Assembly: GCA_964035545.1 (NCBI GenBank)
Contig: OZ037768.1
Span: 2,264,741-2,328,740 of the forward strand
Reading direction: 5' to 3'
Length of the DNA: 64,000 nucleotides
From: Bugula neritina
Taxonomy: Eukaryota > Animalia > Bryozoa
The position numbers and the translations under genes were made by a program. Position 1 is the stretch's first letter; each line of letters begins with the position of its first letter. Shown one piece after another: positions 53,146 through 64,000 of this stretch. Under the pieces are notes generated by a model, which was not told the DNA's origin, searched no databases, and saw only the letters and a list, made by a program, of their open reading frames with translations.

Positions 53146-54219
53146 AATGTACTAATTTGTAGTATATAGGTTTTCTACAATGATTCCATGATTTAGATGC
53201 AAATTTGTTGTAAAAGTAAACACTGCTTTTAAAACCTACATAAAAAACCGTTTGTTAGTGTTTAAAAGCTTATTGCCAACTAGTATCTAAAATATAGTGA
53301 CTAGAAAAATAATAAAAATGTGTTATAGGTTTATATGTAAAACTTCTGTATTTAGGCTTATGAAACCAATTTTTTAAAGTTAACTGCAAATATAATATTA
53401 AAATATATAACATAACACATTGCATAATATAGTATATAATAAATGATATGATATATGATTCAATATAATATCTAAAAAGCTTATTTATCTCAAATGACAC
53501 AAAAATAATACTTAGAACACCTTTAAAGTTTAAACCAAAGATTTGTAAGTTTATATAAAAAATTGGTTTTTAGCTTGAGACACGAAATGGTTACAATTCA
53601 AATTGTTAAGTATTGTTTGATTATTTAATTTATTATTCGATTTATTATATATCATAATATATATTGCTCTGTTGAATATAATGTGATGATTCAGTATATT
53701 GTATGCAGAATGCACACTAAGCTATATTATTGTAACACAAACATAAACTAGCAAACCACTTACATTCAACATAGCCTCATTACAGCCCACTAGAAACGGT
53801 GGGACAAGTAACACGCACCTAAAGTCATTTACACATATAACCACTGAAGGTTTAGTACTGTAAAAGCCTTCACGCTATTCGTAATAAGTGGCATTGTCGA
53901 ATCTTTACTGCTCAGTGAATAGGATATTGGAGTTCCAATTATCAGCAGAGGCTGGACTCATCAATAATTAATCTTGTGTATTAAAAGCAAGGCATTTATT
54001 CATCAATTCCTAGAAAAATGTGTCGATATATTTGATTCGTTGACTGTTTACTGACTAAGGAAAGAAGACATTTAAGTTTTTCTCGCCTACAATTCGCTAG
54101 ACTCGGTAATGTTTCTCCCAGGAATACAGTTATGGCTGTCACTTCCCAGCTAATCGTCTAATTAACCAACATCAACATTTTCTTCTAACTTATCAAACGG
54201 ATTATTTAACTGGACCGCC

Positions 54220-54318
54220 ATGGCTGCCGCAGCAGCTGGTGCTGCCAAAATAACTCGAAATGACAGCCCGAGAAAGATTCGTAGAGGTCAGCAACCCCAG
54301 GACCTGACTGACCTGATG
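54220..54318 (+). CDS. Candidate first coding exon of an unidentified gene (MAAAAAGAAKITRNDSPRKIRRGQQPQDLTDLM)
   Basis: Strong Kozak ACCGCCATGG, GC-rich relative to flanks, ends at phase-0 donor ATG|GTAAGC; upstream acceptor CCCAG at ~54121. Confidence 0.6.
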
Positions 54319-57300
54319 GTAAGCTTAGTTGTTGAACTTTTAGTGACTTAAAACAATTGCATGCATTTCTGACGTTACACTAAATCGTTTACATTGAATC
54401 GTTTACACTGAATTGTCTACATTGAATACAATAAGAAATAGACTTTTACCGAACTGAAAATATCAGCAAAATAACTTATAGCAACAATTATGCTTCGACA
54501 TTGCTACAGTTTAAATAAACCTTCTTGCTATTTATAGAATTTTTGTTATTGCAAATATTTTTAAAGTACAAAAAAGTAGCATATACTTTGTTTGCTTAGG
54601 CCTTTTAGATGTTATTGGGATATCAGAAAAGCTATAAAAATGTCAATAATTTTAGTATGTATGAGTATATGCAAGTCATCCATTGCACCAGTTAAAGCAA
54701 CATTTGAGTGATTTATATTATAGCCTTCGAGCTAACAGTTATAATTCTGGAATCAATTAATGCCCTTAGGCTATGTAGAAGGGTGAAATAGAATGAGATT
54801 CAATAGTGTTTTACGTAGATGTCTTATTAGTATATGCCGTATGTACACATATTAGAGGAGCATATATTTATATGTATTAGTGTGTGTACATGGACATAAT
54901 GTGCAAACAATAGGATCAAATTTCACAGATAATTGCATGCTTCGAGTTTTAGAAACTTGTAAATCCTTCCAAAAATATCCCCATAAATCTTACGTATAAA
55001 CAATGGAGATAACTGCTTAGACTTAACATGTTGCATGAGAAAATTGTCTTTTACACAGAAAGTGGTTTTTAAACTGTGATAGGCAATTATATTTTCTTAT
55101 ACTGTATTTAATAACTTAAGGAAACTAAAACATTCTATTTTAAAATCTGAAGATGAAATTGTAACTGTAGCTGAAGTGGGCCGCTGGTGTGAACCAAGCA
55201 AGTGGTGTTATTCTTGTGTTATTCTAAGCTGATTTTATGGACTATAAATAAATCAATAACATGCAGAGTAATACAAGGGGTGAAGTCAATGCATTCACTG
55301 ATATTGATGAGCTTAAAGTATACACTAATAGAAAGTACTAGCCCAGTGCTTATCTTTACACATAAACTAATATTTCAAATAAGCCAATTACATCAACACA
55401 TACAGAGTTGTAGCACACAGGGCTCTATAATACCATTAGGATTGAGTAAATTTTGTAGATGTATACAGGTGCATGCTAATTTCACTAGTAGCTGTCTAAT
55501 AAATTAATTAATATAATAAATAAATTAGCACAGAAATAGAATTAACTCAACAGCTTAGTAAAAACTTATTTTTCACACAGCAGTTCCCTTACAACTCAAG
55601 TCTGTTTGAACCTTCTATTCCTTCGTTGGTTAAAGTTATAAGTCAGCTAAGAAATGTACCTCTTATTATGCTGGCGACATGATTTGAGGAGTTTTGCCAT
55701 AGTATAATATAGAAACTGTGCTCTTCTTCATATCACTATTTAGTTTTGCTATAGACCTAGCACCCTAACCACAGTATATCACAGCAGCTTTTTATAAGTA
55801 GCTTTTTTAACCAAGAAATTTTTATCATAATCTATGTATATCATCAGATAAATTAGTTTCTGCTGCATGGAAACTGTTACAGTCCCTAACATATGTCACC
55901 TGTCAGTTTAATTAGTGATTATTCGTAGAGAAAAAATATTTTTGGTGAAAGCATCGTAACAGCTTTGTATGGTGGCCGTATTTAAGAAGTGCTTTTTATC
56001 TGTTAATGGCCTCACTAAATAATTTATTATAACAAAGTTTCACATATGTGTAGGAATAATATTAGCTGTGGGCAGTTGATGTCAAATATTCACTCCTTCT
56101 GAGGCTATAATTGATTCTGTACACACTTTCATATCATACTGTAGGCTATGTTAGTGTCTTGGGAATATTCAAAGGTCAGGGAATCACTACCAGCTTCAAA
56201 TATAGCTTGACCAACATGTGGTTCAGTCCTAAACTGATTGTAATAAACGCTAGAGTCGCCCGTGCTTGTAGTAATGAGTGGGCAACTCCTAGGAGAAATT
56301 AAATAATTTGTTATAATTATGATGTGCTGGTCAATGCAATGTATAATATACATCAGGTTCTAAACATATTTAGTGAAAATAAAGAAAACTTTTCACATTT
56401 TTGCAGGAAACACCACTTAATGTACTGCTCGTGTATTGAACATAAAGGTGTGCCAGATGAGTTATACTATAAATATATTCTCAAGCGTACCACCCATGAA
56501 CTTTCAATACTCTATTATGCAGTTGCATAAGTGCAGTTCAGCATAGGTACATTAATTCTTATAATTATAATGCTGTGTGCGAAATATTTGCTTTTAAAAA
56601 CTTTTGGAACTTTAAAGTCACTTTTCATTTAAGCTAAGTTTTAACAAATAGGTGTAGGAATATTGATTGCCTTACTAAATATTATTTGCAGCTCAAATAG
56701 AAAAGCAGATAACTTCTATTTCTAATTCTGGTGTAAAATAAAACACATAGAGGAGTTGTAGTCTCAATAAAAGGCTACCATTAATCATTATCCCCTATGA
56801 AATATTATATATACATGCAGATCAATCGATGGAGTTGAAACTAACAGCTAAGGCTATTGGATATCCTACATAATGATACTGATATAAGAGTATACTGGTA
56901 TAATAAATGATTATTTAGAATACATAAGTTAGAAACAAATTAGATTAAGTTGTGAAAAATAGTCATCACTCAACACTTACACACACACACGCACGCGCAC
57001 ACGCACATATGCGTGGCTATTTGACGTAAATAAAATTTATTCTCTGAGCAGAGTAAACAGACAAACTCCAATATTTATTTAAACAAAACTGATCTCCACG
57101 CAATTTCCTTCTAATGAGCTCTAATTTTCAGTTACTCAAAGTTATTTACTTAATATCACAATATCCGCAACCCTTTTTTATTTGAAAATAAAAAACTAGC
57201 GTTTCAAAGTTTAACCAGATATCGTATTCTATTGACTTTTACTCTATAGCTTGACATTCCTATCATAGCTGCAGTTTGACACAAGAAGGTGTGCCGTTAT

Positions 57301-57940
57301 AACATATAGTTATGCATTGCACCCTTCGCCCAATCATATTCTCATAATCATGTCAATATAGAATTGATATCTGCTTCCAAGTATCTAATTATGTACTCAA
57401 TAGCCTATCATGTTCACTAGGCAGCAGAGCAGCTGCCGAAGTTAGTCCGGACAGATCTGGTTGTAATCGCTAAAGAGGGTATCACAGTGATTTTACTTAA
57501 AATAATTTATTAACTGAAAGAGGAATATTTGAACTGATGCTAAAAGGATACTCAACAAAACCTGCTGACTTTACATCGGCAGCCTGATTCTACTCAGCCT
57601 CATTGATTGTATGGATAAAAGAGCAACGCTGTGTTTTCATAATCTCTAGAAGATTGAAGTTAGTCTCTCTAACCTACCTTGGCTACCATTGAACTACATT
57701 CTTTTATCACTGTTCCTTTTCATGTTAATTGATACTGCTTTCACTTCTATTGACACGAGCAATTAAGGGTGTTAAAATTGTTGAAAAGATTTGAGACAAT
57801 CCGCCATTTGTTTCAGAATTAAGTAACATGACTTAACACAATGTGTCACCAGATCTAATCCTTATTCTTGCTTAAATAAACACAGCTCATGCATATAACT
57901 TGCCTGCATTGTGCTGCCGGAGGTGTATAAGCACTAAGAT

Positions 57941-58201
57941 ATGAATAGCATTAACATCGGTGCAGCCAGCACAGGCAACAGTCTTGGGTTGCTGCCGTAT
58001 AGCCTCAGTGCCAGTCGCCACTCCATAGCTCGGTCTCTCTACTCCTCCTCTACCAACATGAACGCTGCAATTTCCACTGGGAAGCAAGGGAAAGGGGTTA
58101 GCGATGGTCATGATGATCATCCAGTTCGGGTCTCCTCCAAGGGAATTGACCCTATATCTTTAAGGACGGTGACTGTAGATGAGTCTTTCCAGAGAATGGA
58201 G
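57941..58201 (+). CDS. Candidate alternative first coding exon of an unidentified gene (MNSINIGAAS...SLRTVTVDESFQRME)
   Basis: 87 open codons, Ser-rich and GC-elevated, in-frame stop just upstream of the ATG, phase-0 donor GAG|GTAAAA. Confidence 0.6.
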
Positions 58202-58278
58202 GTAAAATATCTCTAACTCTCAACACATGGTTGTATTATAATTGTATATAAGGTATATAGTATAATGTAGTATAATAT

Positions 58279-58622
58279 AAGCATAGCATAGCATAGCATA
58301 GCATAGCATAGCATAGCATAGCATAGCATAGCATAGCATAGCATAGCATAGCATATAGCATAGCATAGCATAGCATAGCATAGCATAGCATAGCATAGCA
58401 TAGCATAGCATAGCATAGCATAGCATAGCATAGCATAGCATAGCATAGCATAGCATATAGCATAGCATAGCATAGCATAGCATAGCATAGCATAGCATAG
58501 CATAGCATATAGCATAGCATAGCATAGCATAGCATAGCATAGCATAGCATAGCATAGCATATAGCATAGCATAGCATAGCATAGCATAGCATAGCATAGC
58601 ATAGCATAGCATATAGCATAGT
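58279..58622. repeat. (ATAGC)n pentanucleotide microsatellite
   Basis: Near-perfect run with periodic AT insertions; source of the MLCYA ORFs. Confidence 0.98.
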
Positions 58623-58805
58623 ACAGTATACCATATAGCATAGAATGCAAATTTTTTGCACAGTATTACACTTCCCCCCCCCCCAACAGTCTGTTTTGAC
58701 TTGGAGTTATACTAAACATTTCGTCAGTGGAAAGTTACTTGGCTTTTTCTTTTGATAGACTTTTCAGAGAGAGATGAAAATTACACGAATAGAAAGGTTT
58801 GAACA

Positions 58806-58980
58806 TAGGTAGGTAAATAGATAGGTAGGTAGGTAGGTAGATAGGTAGGTAGGTAGATAGGTAGGTAGGTAGATAGGTAGGTAGGCAGGTAGATAGGTAG
58901 GTAGGTAGGTAGGTAGGTAAATAGATAGGTAGGTAGGTAGGTAGGCAGGTAGGTAGGTAAGTAAGTAGATAAGTAGGTAA
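58806..58980. repeat. (TAGG/TAGA)n tetranucleotide microsatellite
   Basis: Direct inspection. Confidence 0.95.
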
Positions 58981-61900
58981 GCGAATAAATAAATTGATAT
59001 GATGTTGGATGAAGATAGATTAAAATAAAAATTACAGATATATCAATACAGCTGGAGATAGATATACTTATATATATGTATGTAATACTAAAAGTTAATT
59101 GATAAAAAGATAGTGGAAACTAAAAAAATGTGTGTGCAATGAGAAATATTATGCAAAGTGGTTACCATGCAGGAATAATTAATTAATACGATGCCTGCTG
59201 CCTGTAATGTGATATTAATATCAGCATATAATCTGCAAAAAAATAATAATTTCCTGCATAACCATTATAGAATGAGGCTAGTTTAATATGCAGTTGTTTA
59301 ATATAAGTGCATTATGATATCGTAAAGATCCTTTCTATGTATGCTGTATCTCCAGCAGATGAGGTGATACTGTTAGCTACACTTTTGCTCCTTAATCAAG
59401 GTTATGCCATTTCTACTTGGCAATATTTTGATAAATAATAGTTTTTCTCTTTTGTTTATCCTTAACTCTCAACAATAATATAGCAAATGATTATGAAGTC
59501 TATTGAGCTGAACTGAGAAATCTATCATAGCAATTCAGTCCTTTTGTTGTTTAGTATATCAAACAAATAAAACCAGAATCTGTTTGCATCTCAGAACTTT
59601 TGAGCTAGTTTGAAAGCTTTCCAGACAAGTTAAGAACAATTCTAGTATGTTGGCAAATATAGCCATATTATAATTTCACTACAGGACATCTATTTTGAAT
59701 CCCCAATGGCCTTTGCTAGAAACACTTGTTATAGAAAGAATTAGATATGCTAGAAAAAATCTTTAACATAAGTTAAATTAATAAAAAAAAGACGATGATA
59801 ATTAGTTTCTTGCCTTAAGCAAAAATGTAGGTCATTTTCTGTTAATGGCTTCACTGAAATTACTTTTACTAATAGAGTTAAAATATACTAAAAATATAGC
59901 CTACATTATAATAAATGCCAAGAGTGATTGAGGCATTTAAACACTTGCTTCTATCTAAAACTAATTAATTTAAACAACTTATACAATTGTTTTGCAAAGT
60001 TTAATCTGTTAATATGAATTTGTTGTAACAGCTACGACAACACCCTTTGAAAACGGTAATATACAGTTCTGAATGCATTGCTTGAAGCATCTAATTGTCG
60101 GCTATGTAATGACCCCTAGAGTGTCCCCAGCAGCAAATAGCTCGGTTCTTCTGCAATTAACTTCTACCTGAAATCTTTGCTATCGATTGTTCAGTTCAAG
60201 AGTTGATGCTAATCTTTAGACAGCGAGGCTATTGAACAATACTGCTAATAATTAGGAATATATCGTAGAGTAATAACTGTAGATAAAACGTAATTAGGAA
60301 TCAGTATCAGAGGCATGTTTACTGCTAGAAGGTGACTGCTGAGTTAACTTAATTAATATTTCAGTGAAGTCCTAAGGCTAATGTCATTGTAAGACAACTG
60401 TATACTTTGTAGTCTGGGATCCTAGAAATGTGAGTCTTGCAAAACTTAGTAACACCTCCTCCAGACATTTATTTTGCTCTTAAAAGTTTGTAACCTGCTA
60501 ATAGCTCTACATGCATGCGTTATAAACACATGTTTAATGGTAATATACTATATATTACATGTTAAATAATATATATTATATATTATAGAATCTACATTAT
60601 AATAAATAATATATAATATGTATTGAATATTACATATTTTATGTTATCTATTATACATTATATATTATATATATTTTAATGCACTATCAACAACTGTCGA
60701 AGCTAGTGTAATATTTATTACATAAAATGTTACAAACTATGGTTTTTAGTTTATTTGAAATTAGCACAATTATGCTAGTATTTACATGAACCAAAACAGC
60801 CTTTTATACTTATATAAAAGCTGAATCCTAATGTTTTAAATGCAAAATGTTTTTCTTTGTGATTTAAAAGTCAAAATCTGAAGAACATGATACCGTCAAT
60901 AGGTTAGTGTTATGAAAACATTGATTGTTCAGCTTTAAGCAGCTGATTGTATCTTTTAAGTTATTCAACTACAAAACGGTTATTGTAGCAATTTTTGTTT
61001 CCTTTGAAAAGACTAATACCTGCAGCTAAATCAGTAAATGTAGTAGATTGTTCTTCTAAAGCATTATATATACCTATAGATTATAGGTAAAAGCTAAGTA
61101 GCTATACAATAGGCTGTAAAATATATGATTGCAATGAAAAGAAATATACACCATGATATAATATGGAAGGTGCTAATATAAATAAAAGTAATAAATCACA
61201 GATTCTAAACTATTTCTCCCAAGAGACATTCACTTAAAAGTACTGGATCTGCATCCTCTAGACCCTTGAATGCTACATAATATGCATAGACTGCCTAAAA
61301 CTTGACTAGCTGTGAATTCTGCTAAGTAGAGTATATAGACTCTGGAGTATAAATATACGCAATATAAAACTGTACTTGTATGAATTGTGTACTTGTAGGC
61401 ATAGCAGATAAAATTTATAGTCAATTAAAAGTAAATGCCACTTGCATGAATCATGTATATTACTATTAAAATACGACCTGATAAAGATCAGAGTTGTCTC
61501 CTTTATATATTTCTGTGCATGTAGGTAAGATAACTCTGACAATGAATTTGTTGCTATCCGCCTAACTCTCAAGAGTTATCTTCCCTCTAAACCTCAGGAA
61601 ACGCCTTTTTTTCTGATCACAGCACGGCTATACGACTCATAATATAATCACGAATTGTTAAAGCCATGCATTCAAAGGGCCAGTTAATAATTTGCCATGA
61701 TTGTATATAATCAATGTTTGTCTATATTTTAAGCTGTTTTTAAGCAAATACTTTGAATTACATATAATTGACATGTGACTGCATCAATTCCCTAAAGACC
61801 ACTTGGGTGGGTTGTGGACATCAACCTAGTAATTATCAACAGCATGCTGTGTAAGACAATGCATTTAGTAGTTGTATGATAATTACTGGTTATCCTAATT

Positions 61901-64000
61901 CAATTAATTGTAATATTGATGACCAGTTAAACAAGTAATAATCTAGTTAGACAATTGCTCCACCTGGTGACAACTGTCTTGCATGCTACCATAACTGTTC
62001 ACAAACTTTTCACTAAAACTTTATACTTATATACATAGAATGGCAAAACTAAAGCAAGCAAATAAGTTAAAGTTGCTAGCATTATCTAAGCTTCAAAAAC
62101 AGGTATTGCTGTTTTTAGTATTCAATTTAATCTCTTTTTAGTTTGATGCACCATTTATTTGCACGACTTCGAGTGGATTGTTCACTGCAGGTTTTCTTAA
62201 ATTTTGTGTTTGAACAATTGCTCGTTGTCAAATGGCTGAATTCATTAAACTTAGCTTGCATTACAATTATGATTTATATGATGCATAGGTGAATCATACA
62301 GCAATATTTTGTTACTCTTGTGGTTATTCAAGCAAAATATTTTTCATACAGCATGAGTTACATTCCATGCAGTATTGGTCATGGCAGGCATATTTGTCTT
62401 AGGAGAATATCATGTTGCGCTGTGTAAAATCTTAAGTTTATGTAAAATGTATAATATTTATGTTAAATACTGCTTTCTATATATAAACAAGTTTTGTAAA
62501 CTTTTTGAAAAATTAATGAAAAAATGCTTGTATATTACACTATAGTATTAAAATTTTATTTGTTGAAACTCTAAGAATGACTCAACAAACTAATCCAAAC
62601 AACCCAACAGATCTTTTAAAGTATTCCTTGGTTATAGTATAATATAATATTATATAAATTAATGACACAAAGATAATATAAAGAAAATATGAAAATAATA
62701 TAATACAATATAATATAGCATAATCTGCTTGATATAATCTAGTATAATATAATCCAATAGCATAATGTACTGCGATATGATATAAAATAATATAATGCAA
62801 TATACTAAAGTAGTTTATTGCATAATAGTATGGTATATTATATAACATGACAACAAATTTCAACATAACATGATATAGTATTTATTTATATTACAACATG
62901 ACATATATGCATCTAAGAGTTGTGGCATAGTATAATATAATTTAATGTATTATATAATTTAGCTAACTAAATTTGTTATATATTCATTTTTGATGTCAGA
63001 ATTCGGAGTTCGTCTTTCTTTATGCTAAGTGTAGAACATTTGATCTCTTTGCCTCAAGCTGTACTATATGATTTTATTCAATTATCCACAAACAGTCTTC
63101 ACCTGCACATTTATAATACTTTTTTTTATTCTACTTCTATCTTGATTGATGTAACAGTTGTTGATATAATAAACTAACTTAGTTTTCAAACAGGGAGGGA
63201 GGCAAGGAGAGGGGGTGGTGGCAAACCCCCCCCCCCAGCAAAGTATTCATTAAAAGAAGCTATAGGGCTTGTCTTAGACATTCATTGATTAATAATTACT
63301 GCTAACAGTTGTGCCAATAATACTAATATTTAGCCTTTTCAATAACATTATTGTGTAGTGTTTTATTAGTTATATACATTTTCAAATGGCAAGTGTATAC
63401 GTATACAGCAACTGATATTCTATCCACACTGTCTATAAACATACTAACTCCGTATCCCAGATTTTACCCAACTGTACCATCACATCATTATAGTGCCTCA
63501 TCAATATACAATTCAATAGGTTTCTATATTTAGTATTTACTATACGCATAGGGATGCTTTAGCTCCAGTGCAATCATATATTGGGTTGGACTGTAGTCCT
63601 AGGGGTCAGTAATAGACGTACACAACTTCAGTTGTCGTGTTTAATTACGTGTGTGTTGAGAGTATAGACTTGAAGTATACATGTAGGTGTACAAGCAGCA
63701 TGTGTAGTTAGTGTTTGACTGCCATTCATGGATATATAAACTTGACATGGATTCAGAACTTAGCTATGAAGAGGTTAGTAAAACTAACAGTTAGCGCAGT
63801 GTTTACAGTTTTATGCTGGCATGATTTCAAAATTGGCTTCGTTTCAATCCAATATTCCTAATATGATGTTAATTCATAGACATGAATATTTGAAAACCGT
63901 CAGATATAATGAATAAAGAATATGTAGCTAAGGCTTCGCAATAATATTTACTTAAAGTATGTTTTTAATTCTATGTCACAATTTGATGCTAGCATGTTGA

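Overview
AT-rich, intron-containing metazoan (invertebrate-like) genomic DNA, not prokaryotic. The first ~43 kb is gene-dense. Hand-assembled spliced models give, in order: the 3' part of DHX37 (+); an unnamed secreted coiled-coil protein with a C-terminal CASPR/Neurexin-IV-type fibrinogen-like domain (+); RPP30 (+, with a U12 minor intron); MRPL36 (-, absent from the ORF track); RAMAC/FAM103A1 (-); SLC30A6/ZnT6 (+); PNPT1 (-); IFT43 (+). The last ~20 kb is gene-poor, with microsatellites and candidate alternative first exons of an unidentified large + strand gene. Most striking observations: (1) intronic minisatellites sit at splice junctions and copy them, the extreme case being a 3.5 kb DHX37 intron made almost entirely of ~140 copies of a 25-bp unit, most carrying YAG|GTGAGT (juxtaposed acceptor/donor); (2) a degenerate 3/6-bp-periodic (ANT)n-like sequence marks the 5' ends of housekeeping genes; (3) RPP30 and MRPL36 have reciprocally overlapping 3' ends; (4) the PNPase KH domain lacks its GxxG loop; (5) RAMAC has an RS-rich tail. 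All gene models are manual and untested by RNA data.
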